Shown in pieces: positions 1 through 11,800 of a stretch of 64,000 nucleotides of DNA (position 1 is its first letter; every line of letters starts with the position of its first letter). The notes under the pieces were generated by a model. That model did no database searches. It saw nothing but the letters and a program-made list of their open reading frames with translations, and was not told the origin of the DNA. Location of the stretch: positions 3,410,001 to 3,474,000 of the forward strand of contig JAYWIR010000004.1 in NCBI GenBank assembly GCA_036172245.1, given 5' to 3'. Source of the DNA: Raillietiella orientalis (lineage: Eukaryota). The position numbers and the translations under genes were made by a program.

Positions 1-1781
1 CTCCGTCCCGGGAGGGTGGAAGAGAAGGAAGGGCAAGAGAAGGCGGTCCCTCTGGAGAACCCTTAGGGGCAGCCGCGCGTTTCCACGGCGACCGACCGCC
101 GAGCCCCGAAAGCTACGTGATCGGGGAGGAGAAGGGTTCAGGGCTCGGTGCGATCCCTTTCTTCACCCGCCCGCAGCTCGGGAGGGAAGGAGAACGGCTT
201 CGGGAAATGGAGCGTCTCTCCCACCTGCCCCTATCTTTTTTCGTCTCCTCTCCCAGTCTCCGGAAGCTGGAAGGGAAGGGCCCGGAAGCGGGAGATCCTC
301 ATGAGCCCTCGCCCACGACGAGGGAGGGAGACTCGGGAGCAACTCCGTCCGTAGCACGGAGAACCGACGGGAGGAGGGAAGGTCCGTCCGGTCAAGGGGA
401 GTAGTGAGGAAGCTGCGTCTCCCTCGCCGGGAGGGCGAGAGTGATCCGGGAACGGGAGAAGCGCACGTGCTCCTCCACCGAAACCCTCCGGACGGAGCAC
501 AGGGAGCATCCTGGATTACTCGAAACGGGGCGAGAAGCCCTTGAGACGCGGAGGCGAGGGTCCTTCCCTCGGGTTTTCTCCATCGGTCCCTCGGTCCCAA
601 CTCCTAGCTTTGGGCAGGAAAGGAGGTGGGACCGAGATCCGTCCTCCTGGACCCTGGGCATCTCGCAAAGGCGGGACTGGAGGACGGTGGAGTGGGCCTG
701 CCCCTCTCCCCTTCTTACCGGTCCTCCGGTGCACTGCAGTGAGGGAGATGATGGGGAGGGAGGGGGAGTGATACCCGGCAGCCGGGAAAGCCTCCGTTCC
801 TTCCCTCCCCCCCCCGCATCCCTTGCACTTCGGGGAACTCGCGCCTCCTCGGATGGAGCCCGAGGGAACCGGCAGGGACCCTGCAACTCTCATCCTTCCT
901 TCTCCCTCGTCCTCCCCTGCCCACGGGTGGAGGACAGGACGCTCCCAAGGAGCTCAGAGAGTTGCCCGAGGCTCACTTCGCCCTCTGTTCCCACTCCCCT
1001 TTCCGACGCGAGGGTCCCCTCTGGACCTCCAGGAGACATCCAAAAACGAAAGTCCCCCTGCCACGCGACTCCCGGACCCCTTCCACCCCCCGTGCTTACG
1101 CTGTTGCGGGAGCTCTCTCCGCCTACTATCTTTTGTTAACCCCAGAGGGAGGAGTCCTTTGACAAGCATGCGGGAGGGTTTCCCCCTTTCTCGCCACCGG
1201 GGGAGGAGAGAGGAAGCGAGAAGGGGTGGGAGACATCGTCCCCAGTTCATCAGGGGAGGGAGGAGATACTTCCTGGATAGGGGAAGCCAGAGATAGAGGA
1301 ATCCCTGGCCCTCGTGGGAAAAGGGGTGAGGAATGACGGGGTCCGCCGCGCTGCCAAGCTCTCCTTGCATTTTTGGAAGTCCTCAACGTGGCCGCAAGGC
1401 GGTGACGGAGGCGTCCGCTCCCCTCCCTGACCCGCCCCTCCTCCCCATTCTGCTATGGAAGGGGAAAAAAAAAAAAGGAGAATGGATCCGGGAAGAGTAA
1501 CTCTTGGGATGGAGAGGAGAGAGAAGAGGGAGAGATGTGCCCTAGAGGGCGGGTGCCGCGCGCATAGAATCCACTAAATCCCAGAGAACTTCCACCCCTT
1601 CCGTCCTCTCTCCCCTTTCACCGAGTCCCTGGGAGCGCGGCTACCTGAGCACCAGGGCGCTCTCTCTCCCTGGGAACTCCCCGGGGAGTGCAAAAGAAGA
1701 GAAAAGCAAGGCCGAGGGGAGCAGCAACGGACCCCTGTGAGGAGGAAGGGGGAGCAAACCACTCCAACTCCCGCCCCACAC

Positions 1782-1904
1782 CAAGACGGTAGCGTCCCTT
1801 TTGGAATGGAAAGTCCTCCTTCGGCAGAGGATCACCTCTCGGCGAGCCGAGCTGACAGCAGCAGCAGCAGAAGTGGAAGATGCCATTGCACGGGGTTGCG
1901 TCTC
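1782..1904 (-). CDS. Candidate 123-nt symmetric exon of the same unidentified gene
   Basis: Long pyrimidine tract plus CAG acceptor at 1905. The phase-compatible frame reads GDATPCNGIFHFCCCCCQLGSPRGDPLPKEDFPFQKGRYRL. The donor (G|GTGTGG) is weak. Confidence 0.3.
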
Positions 1905-2595
1905 CTGGGGGGAGGGAAGGGGGAGATCTGTCCTCTCCTCCCTCACCCACGACGACCCTCCTCGTTTGCTTTCTCCCCCCTGAGCTCCTGCTACTCCTGA
2001 AAGGACGCTCTTCCGTTCGCCCAGGAAACGCCTTCCCCTCGCCAGCTCGGCAGCTCCGCGAAGGACCTGTGGAAACGTTGGGAGGGTGGGTTCTGGGTAC
2101 TCTGCGTGTGCTCATCCTCCTTTTCTCCTCTTCCCTCCCTTCCATTCAAGGTACGGGATCCATTTCCCGCCCGGGTCCGCTTCTCTATCCGAACTCCGGA
2201 ATGCGTCCCTCTTCCCCCTTGTGGGTTGACTTCTACGCGGCCGCTCCGAACCGCGGGCATCAGAGAAGCACCAACCGGCAGCTTCTCCGCCCGTAGCTCT
2301 TGGGGTCTGTTTGCGCCGAGCCTTCTCCTCGCATGGGAGGCAAGGAGTCGCCGGAGAGAGGCAGGACTATCGGCGTCCTGGCGCCGAGACCTCCCGGGGC
2401 GAAGCGACGCCGCATTCCCTGTGCCCGACCCCCTGCGTCCTTCCCCGAAAGCTGTCGGTTGGGGTGCAGACGCCTCTCGCTGCCGGCGGTAGCAGAGCGG
2501 TGTCCGGAAGTAGAAGGCTGGGCAACATTCCCTCCCTCCCTCCCTCCCCTTGCCCGCCTCTCTCCCTCTCTCTCCCCGGCAGCGGGTGGACTCAC

Positions 2596-2800
2596 CCATG
2601 TTGCTGCACCCGAAGGCGTCCGCGTTGGCCTGCATCCAGGAAAGCATCTTTCTCAGGCTGCCCTCCCGGAGGTCCTCGTCCTCGGTATAGTCGTCGCCCC
2701 TGGCATCTCCGAGCAGCTCGTCGTCCCTTGCGTCGTCGTAGAGCTCTTCCTCCAGGAAGGCTTCGGATGAGGAGCTCGAACCCGAATCCTCCTCACTCAT
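2596..2800 (-). CDS. Candidate coding exon of an unidentified gene, acidic N-terminus
   Basis: MSEEDSGSSSSSEAFLEEELYDDARDDELLGDARGDDYTEDEDLREGSLRKMLSWMQANADAFGCSNM has GC3-rich codons and ends at a strong G|GTGAGT donor. A pyrimidine tract plus CAG acceptor lies at 2927. No family recognised. Confidence 0.45.
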
Positions 2801-5800
2801 CTCGGACCGCGCATCGACTGAGGGCGACAGAAGTCACAGCTCGTGCAGCAGCAGCAGGACCACATGCAGTAGACTGTCACCCAGGAAATGCTCTCGACTG
2901 ACGGTGCTGCCTGGAGATGAGGCCATCTGCACGGGTGTCAGAGTACAGGGATACGAGAAGGAGGAGGAGGAGGAATAGGAAGGGGAGGGGGAGAGGGAGA
3001 ATTCCTGCCGTTGCCTCGCTTCCCCCTCCCCTCCCCTCCAGGCTGCTGACCTCGCTCCCCGCTGCCGCTTTTCTTTTTGTTTCGCTTTCATCTGGTGATG
3101 GGGATGGAGTGGGTGGTGACCCTGAGGGCGGAGGCAGGCAGGCAGCTTCCGTCCACTCACGGTGTTGGAGGACGGGAAAGGCGGTTCGCTATTGGCGGCG
3201 GCGGGTTCGGCGCCCGTGGGACGGGAGCACGCGCCCTCCCCCTTTCCTCCCTTCCGCTTCCCTCGTGCTACTCGCGTCACACGCGGGAAAGGGGTAAGGG
3301 AAGGGGGACTCGGCTTAACGGTACGCCGTCGAGAGTGCCGCATGACGAAGCAGGGGGGGGGGAAGGGGGGAGGTTCCTCCCTCTTCCATCCCCTCCTCGC
3401 TTCTCTTTCCGCTCTGACTCGAGGGGACTCCCGGGCGGGATCGGCCACCACGAAGCGCTCCACAGTCGTGAGGGGCAGTCCGTGGAGGCCACATGCGAAG
3501 CGCTCCGGGAGCGGCCAGCCGGCAGACTGAGGAGGAGGAGGATGGGCTCGGGCGTCGCTTCCAAGACACACTGCGCGTGTGCGGGGGCGGAGGTGCTTCC
3601 TGTGTCCCCGCCTGGCTTGTCGGAGAGAGGGAGGAGCGAGCACCAGAGGGACGGAGCTGCAGCTTCCGGGTCCTGGAACCCTTCCGGGTGCGACGAACCT
3701 CCTCAGCGGGACGAAGAGATTTAGGAAGGAGGGGGAGGAAGAGGGTCTGATGACCGGACTCGCGCCGGACGTCTCTCCGGCGCAACGGGCAGGAAGCGCG
3801 CAGATCATCGGTTCTGCCCCCGTTACTTGCTTGAGCCACCGCTCGTCATCATGGCAACGAGGAAGCGCGTCGGCAACGGGCGGAGACCTCGTCTTCCGTA
3901 CCGATGTGTTACGGCGGCTGAAAAGAGGCTTGAGGTCGAGGAGAAAAAGGATGGGGGGGAGGGATAAGTGGAAGGGCGGTTTCCGGTGTCCGCTCGACCA
4001 TCCTCTCCTATCCCTCTGGAAGCTGATCCTTCCTACGGAAGATGCGGAAGAAGTTTGTTTTCTCTTCCTCCTCCCTCCGCCTAAAGTCGCCGCGCTTTCG
4101 GACATCTTTGGAGTGTTCAAGGTCACTTTCCCTTTTTCTCTTCTCTTTTTTCTTCCCCCCTCCCCCCCCCCCTCCAGTCTCTCCCTTCTTTCTCGCTAAG
4201 GTCCCGATGACGCGCGCGTGAGCTCTCTCTGAGTTTCGCAATCCCCCAACCCTGGCCCCGCGCAGTCTCCGGCCTTCCGGTAGGTCGCCATCACCATGGC
4301 TTCTCCATTCTCGGGGCAGGGAAAGCCCTCGTCCCTCAGTTGCCTCGCTCCCTCCTCCCTCTTCTCCCTTCCCTTCCATCCGGCGACGGAGGCGGACCAG
4401 CGGCCTCCTGCGTCGCCCGACCTTCACCCTCCTTCCGCCCCATGTCGTGTGAGACGGGACGCGGCGCGGGAGGGCGGCAGCCTTCTCGCCCGCCCTGCAG
4501 CCACTGAGAGCAGAAAACCTCTCTCTCCTAGACCAGCCTGAAATCGCCTGCGGAAGCTGCATCACCTAGGCGGCGACCTGTGCGTACATGCGAACCCAAT
4601 TCCGTCATTTTGCCCTCGCATGGGTGCCGGCCGGCCGGCGAAGGTCTTCTGGTGGAGTGTCGAACGCACGCGCCTTGCGGGAAGTGTCCGTTCGCACCCC
4701 CCCCCCCCTCCACACCCCTATCCTCCTGTCGTCATCGCAATCCAGGGATGTGTCGCTCCTCCGCCCGTGTTTCCTATAGATTCCTTCCTGGAGGGCGGTC
4801 CCTTCCGCTGCGTTACGCAGGGGAAGGGCTGTGCCCGCAGGGCACAGCTCTCCCTCTCCCCTCTTCTAGGAAAGGGAAAATGGAGGGGGGGTGAGACTGC
4901 TGACGAGACATCCGAGGAGCCTACTCCGAGGAGGAACTGTTCCCTCGGGAGCACTTCCCAGGGCAGGTGTGGAGGTGCGGCCCCTACCGCTGCGTTACAC
5001 AGGGCGTGTTGGAAACCACGGCGGAAGCACCCTCTCTGGCACGCAGCCTGGGCCTTCGCCAGGACCAGCCCTCGTGCCCCGCAACGGGCGCGGAGAAACC
5101 CCGGTAGGGGAGGGGTGGAATCCGGGAAGGTCTGTCCCGACTATGCAGGTCCTGTCCCTTCCCGAGGGTCAGTCGGACCGATCGAGAAAGCCTCCACCGG
5201 ACGAAACGGCCGCGCCAACATTAGCGTGTCAACTCCGGTACGTCAGGCAGTTCAGTAGCTGCTCGCGGGACCTCCGCCTCCGGGGAGAGGGGGAAACCGC
5301 GCCCATGGCGAGGGAGCTATCCTTGCTCGTCCTGAGCACTGCTTCTCCTCCTCCTCCTACGTCTCCCAGGCCTATTCTTCCGCCTTCCGGATCGGACTTC
5401 CGGAGGGAACGCAAGGGAAGCAGGCAGTCGGCGCGACTTTTCCCGCACTGCGGGCGCGCGCGCAGGGAGCGCTCCCGACGGGACGCCCCTCCGTCACGCG
5501 CTCCCGCCGTCTCCGCAGCGATGCGCGCCTCGCATGCGGCCGCTGCGCGGAGCGCAGGTCATCAAGAACGGAGGACCACCCGGGGCCGGTCGGCAAGCCG
5601 CTGTCACGCGTCCCGGGCTGGGTGGGATAGGGGCAGGGGGAAGGGCAGCAAAACAAAGGAAGACGACATACGGTTGTTCACTCGCCCAGCTGTGCGCCAC
5701 TGCGACGGAGAGCACTGCCGCCACCTTACCACGGTGATCTGCCTCTCGACACTTCCGCCTTCACACGGAGGCTGCCACTCTGGAGCTGCCTTCGGAAAGC

Positions 5801-8800
5801 AGCGAAGGGGAAAAGAAGAGGAAAAAAAAAAAAAGGAAAGAAAGAGAAGAGCGAGAGAGCGGCCGGCGGATCATTGCGAGAACGCGTGAAAGGGGCGGAC
5901 GCGGAGAGCAGCAGTGCCTCTGAAGAAAGGAAAACGCGGGAGACGCTTTCGCGCGGCCTCCGCGGACACCCCCGGCGACCTGCGACGGGCGGGGAAAATT
6001 TGTTGCCATGGGCCTCTGGAAGGGAAAACTGCTGGAAGGTGTGAGCGGATGCCTGAGCACACGGAGCCCCTTCTTCCTCTCATCCGCTCCTTCCGCTCCC
6101 CTCTCCTGCTTCGTACGCAGCTTTCTTCTGATGCGCATGACGGGACTCCCCCTCGCCTTCTCTGACAACCCCCCTACCTCCCCTGTCCCGCGCACAGGAA
6201 GCTGCACGCATCCATTTGGGTCGGCGAAAGGTCTGCACGCCTCTCCCCCCTTTCCCCCAACCCCATACTTCAGGGGAAGGAAGAAGAAGGACCAACTCGG
6301 AGGATTTCGATGCCAGAATCTCTTTCGGGGATCGATCCAAACAAGAGCAACTCGGGTCCTCCTGGTTCTAGAGCTCAGCTGACGTCCTTCCTCCCTTCGA
6401 ACACCCTTCTTGACCTTCGCCTCACCAGCTGGTTCAGGCGTTTTAGAAGCGACCACAAGAGGGGATGGTAAGTGGCTGCATCATGGAGAGGGGGGAGGCT
6501 ATTCGTAAGGTCCTTTTCCATCGAGTGCCACCCTTTCACACACGCGAGATGCAACAGGCTCCTGAATCTTACAAGCGTCTCACTTGGGTTTCTCCTTATA
6601 CACGTACACACAGACGCACGTGCATACAGACATAGGCGCATATACGTGTTGTGCGTGTCATGTACACATTTATGCACGCGTGTGTGTACACTCGCGAGAG
6701 TTCCTCCGCGCACTCCCTGCAAGAGACTCTCGGGATGCAGAACCTCCTGCATCCCGAGAGCCACGCGGACGAAACGAAGAATGCGGCGCGCGCACGACTC
6801 CTTCCCCTCCTTCTCGTGCAGAGGGTTCCACGGGAGATCCGGGGCCGCCTGCTTTCCGAGCGCTTTCCAGTGAAAACTGCCCACTTCTGGCCCTCTCGCA
6901 CCGGCACAAGTGGATCCCGTGCGATCCTCTGAGGATCGCTGTGTGGGGTAGGTCTGCTTCGCTGCGCGCGACCCGTCCCGCGCCCGAAGCAGGACCGTGG
7001 GGTAATCTGCACCCGCTTCTCCCAAAGTAGAGTAGACACGCCGGTCCACCTCGGAGCTTTCGCGAAATCGCCGGGGTCGCTCGCCATCCGGTCCCGGATA
7101 CGACGCTTTCCCGGCTGTCCCGCAAAAAGGAAGATCGTTGGTTTCCTATGTATAAGAGGCGGACACCCAAGAGTTAGCGACAGCAGCTGCTTTCGAAAAA
7201 GCCCTTGGCCTGCCTGCTTTTCTTATCCGCAGACAAACCATGACACGCCTTTGGCTGTCCTCTCTTGTGAGCATGCGTCGTCGTCCGCTGAGCTGTTGGT
7301 CCGCACCTCGTATCTGTTTCAAAAAAAAAATGACCGCAAAATTGGTCGGATATCTCGAAAGGACTGAGTGTTTTCAGTCGTTTCGAGATTTCCGGGACGA
7401 TTCCCGGACAGCAGTTTAACTCGCCGGATGCTCTAATGCGTAGCCACGCAACCGTCCGCAGTCTCGAGGCAAGCAAGCATCTTCTTTGGCTCCCTTTCTT
7501 CTGTCTTGATGCATTTTTTTCTCTCCCTGCCTCCTGGTGCCTATCGCTCTAGGCTCTTGAGTTCCTGCTGCCGAGTCCTGGATTCAGGGGAGCAGGGGAG
7601 CAGCAGCTCGCCTCGCCCGATCCCGCCATCCTCAGAGAATTCTGCGGACTGAGGCGCAGAGGGCTACGCGGCTTCAAAGGAAAGCGATCGGGGCAACGGG
7701 ATGCACCCGCGGCTTTTGCGCAGCCAAAGGGCTCCCTGCCGCCGGCAGTCATGGCGCTTCGCCCATTGTCATGTCTCTCTCGTCCCGCGAGTCCCGCATT
7801 TCCTCAGGGGACGCTCTCATCAGCGCAAATCGCTCGAGTCGGGTTGTTCTGCGTCATTTCTTGCGGGATCGCGACCGTGACACGTCTGAGTGCCTCACGA
7901 AATCCGGCGCCATAGGTTCGAAAGCGACGTCATTAGAGGCCGGCGTCTGCAGCCATGGGATGCTGTGCTGTGGCTCGCGCGGGGAGGGAGGAATGCTGGC
8001 CCAGGTTCCCTTTGGTATGCTGGCCGAAGTTCTTTACCCTTAGAGGGATCTCCGTTCTCCTGTGGGTCTTAGTCCTCCCTCTTCCGGAAACCACCTTCCC
8101 CTTCAAACTCTGCAACTTTCCTCCTCCCTTTTCAAAACGCTGGTATTCTCTTCGGAAGCGACCCGCTCATTCCCCTGACACCACACTTCAATCTGGAAGC
8201 TCCTATGCCGACTGCCCACGACCCCAATTTTCACCCAAGAGTTGACTTGCAAGGTAGAAGGATGGTTCCTGGAGGGATTCTGCTGGTATGCGGACGCGGG
8301 TCCGGCAGCTGTGGGAATGCACAAACACATGCCTTGTCCTGCCATAGCTCTGCCTTGAGAATGTGGTTCTTGCTGATCTGCTCGCACATCTCGCTCTCAA
8401 GAGAAACGCGGTCCCTGTCCACTAGCTGCGACTTGTTTCTCGCTTTCGCTCGGGAGGATTCCTCCTAGATCTCGGAAAATCTGAGGAGGTGGTGCTGCAA
8501 AGGGAGTTGTCTGGAGGAACGGTTGCAGAGCAACGGTTCACTCAGCAAGGGATACGGAACGGTCTTGGTTGTTCGAGACACCCGCAGATGACTCCTCCTC
8601 GACAGCAGCGTTCCTTCGTCCCAAGTACAGCAAAGAGGAAACCAAATTTCCACACGGGAAAAACACGGAACAGATTTTCCTTCTTACGATGTTTTCCTGG
8701 TTCCAGAATCCTCGAAACAGAATCCCCTTGCTGAGTGATGCTCGTCCTCGATTTCAAAGGATATTGGAACCTTCATTGACTGCAGTTCGACCACGGACCA

Positions 8801-11800
8801 GATGTTCTCCAGAGACGAACGGCTTGCATCAACCCAATGAAATCAAGGGAATCCTTGTCAAGTCCGAGGATCCCCGTGGACTGAACACAAGTAGCGTAGT
8901 GGAATCCGCTCATGTACCTTCTTCCTAAGACCGAGGATCGTTCTCTTCTCCATCTGTTCGCTAACGGTTCCAGATTGCTCTCGCGGGTCGCATCCGAACT
9001 CTTTTCCTTGAAATTTATTTTCTCTCTCTCTCTCTTGCCATCACCTGACGTGGCTGAAAGGAACGATTCTTTTGGAACTAGTAAGTTTTCTCTGATCCTC
9101 GAGACCTCTCCGGAAGCCTTTTACAGAGGGAATGCATTCCAACTTTCTCGATATGATGATTCAGCTTCTACTCATTCGCCTGGACGGAGGACCGTTCCTT
9201 TGAGATTTCCTCCGCACGATTTTTCAGGATCCTCCTCTATGACGCTTTCTCGTTGGTCCCATCTCTAGGAGGAGGCCCTCCCTTTCCCTCCGGATAAAGG
9301 CAAACGTCCGTCGCTTGCGTGGACGTCTGTCTTGCACCTCGGACTTGTTCCAGAACCCTTTTCTTTGGTCAATCTTTTTGATGTCTACGTCATAGTTTTT
9401 TAACTACGTCTTTTTAACGTAGTTAAGAAAAGGAAGTCCGCGCAAGGCTTGAACACCCAGTTGCACCTCCCTCCCCGAAGAGTTGAAAGACCTCCTTATA
9501 GACGGAGAGGTCCAAGATGTGCAACTGTACGAAAGAAGCTTCGATTCTGAGCCGCATGGAGACAACGATGGCAAATGAGAAGCAAGAAAAAGCGGCAGAG
9601 TCGAGGAAGAAGTTAGCCTTGCTCGTAAGAGTGCTGCCTGTTACAGAAGGAATCAAGAAACTGCATCGCTGCCGGACCGGTAACGGTGGCACCACGGGTG
9701 ATTCGTCGCTTTTGGAAGAACACGGAACTGGTGCCCTTTTCAACATAAAGCAGCACATGACTTCGAAAAGGATCCAAGTCTCCAGGATTTGGAGCTGCCA
9801 GAGAAGCGCATTGGACCAATCTTCTCGAAGACACGGATCCGTGCGCTATCCATGCCAAGCGCGTGACCTTGACGAGAAGGATGTGCAGCTGACCATCGTA
9901 TCCGCGGCGAGCGTGTCGTAGTCGGAAGAAAAAATGGAAGGTCAATCGGATTTCCGTGATGAAAGCAGTTCTCTCTTTCGGTTTTCGGAAGATCTGGGAG
10001 ATTGGTAAAGTCATGATCACTCCCATGGACAGTGGTACTCCTTGTTGAATCTGCATCATTTCCAGAATGAAAATTAATCTGGGTGGGAAGTGAGGCGACA
10101 AAAAATGGAACTGTTAGGGAAGAGAAATTATGCATCCTTTGTAAGTTCAGGAATGAAGTTTGCAAATTTTGCTTGCAAATTTGTGGCAGCGTTCTGGATG
10201 GGAATAATTCAGAAAGAACCTTGAAGAAAGGGAATGATTTGGTGGTGAGTGAATGATCTGAATGACGTCTTAGCTATTCTTAGGGGTGAAGTGAAGATCT
10301 ATCAAATTCTGGAGTATAAAAGATGAAGTTTTTTCATGTGGGCATAGTCTGAGAAGAAACCGATCCAGAGCAGCTTAAAGTCCTGAAGGTTCTCTCGGGG
10401 AAGATGTCCTTTACAGTGTTTGGCATTCCAGTCTGATTTCAAGATGCAAAAGTTGATTTGTTAAGCCATTCTCTCCTATCTCATCCCATAACTCTGTAGC
10501 AATTTTGGAAAACGGCAAGAAACTATTTCTCGCTGAAGGTGCCACGACATTGATGCTATGCTTCTGAAGTGACTGATCTTGCTTTCATCCTAAAATGTAT
10601 GAAACAAGGAAAACACATGTGAAATAATGGCACGGTTTCTAAAATGTCTCTTTCACTCCACCCACTTGTGCACGGTCTCATGAAAAATGGCGGAAATTTG
10701 CATTTCATTCCTTGTGTTCAATTAACACAAGAAATGAAATCAGTAGTTGGATGCACTGCAACAGTGAGCTGGTTCCCTTCATCATGACCCAACACCTCTG
10801 TGTTGGGTCTGGGTACTGCTACACAGTTTATGCTTGTTTCCTTTTTCGTCTTAGAGGGATATCTTCGAGAGCCATTTCCGATAGCAAAACATTTCGATGA
10901 AAAGCCATCGATACGCCCACGACCAACAAAACATCCTTACGTATGTTCAGACAACAGCAATCCTTTTTGATCGTTTGCCCTCAGTAGAGAAGTTAATGCA
11001 GAACCCTTGTCCCAGATTACATGTGTTGTAGCGAAAGAGAGAAAGTCTCTGGCAGCCTGGCATAGGAGTCTGACGGAAGGCGAAAGAGAGTAAATGCTTT
11101 TTGAATTGTTTCGGAATTTTTTTTTTTTTTTGAAGAATACTTTTTGATCGAGTGCTTAATCCCGGCTTGTCTTCCTGGAAATGTTAGCTCAGTCATTTCC
11201 AATCATCGGGATGCTGTAATTTGGAAATACGGAGTATCGAATTGGGATCGGAAGACAAACTCGGTTTTAGTGGTTCGCAGTTTCTTTCTGATTTAAGCAC
11301 AACAGTTGTTATGCAAGTGTTTGTCATCCTCCTCGCCAGATCAACGAAACAAACAACTACATGGGTCGTTCGTAGCAAGAGAATGCTGGGTCTGCTGATA
11401 GAATGCAGCAGAGTTGATAAAAATCTACCATTTTACGTTTATGTGTGCGTTGATTTGCTTGCGAAACCATTTCTTGCTCTTCGCAGCCCTTACATCAAGT
11501 TATCCTCGGATATCACGTCTTTTCTTCGAGTCCCATCCTTCGAACAACTAAATCATAACATGGGTTACTTAACATTGTGACTGAAACAGCATTCTTGCAT
11601 TTGAGCATTCATGGCATGTCCCTACGATGCATTTATTCTTATTAAACTGCAATCCGTGTCTTGGAAGCATAGGGGCCTGTTGTGTGTTCGAAATGGAAAT
11701 TCGTGTTTACGACATCCGTGGGATAAATTCTCACAGACCCTACTTTTAATTTTGGAATGTTTTTCTTCTTTGCATTGAGTACTTCTAAGGAAGAACGACT

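Noticed and set aside
1..9000. Many long overlapping ORFs, e.g. 2834-4126 (430 aa) and 4891-5889 (332 aa)
   Set aside because: Low-complexity R/G/P/S-rich translations on all six frames are expected from high GC and few stop codons. No domains were recognised, and the ORFs cross homopolymer runs.
9423..10165. Mirror ORFs of 110-160 aa; similar cases at 13920-14834 and 36947-37493
   Set aside because: Protein-like composition, but frames are broken by stops, with no consistent splice sites or recognisable homology.
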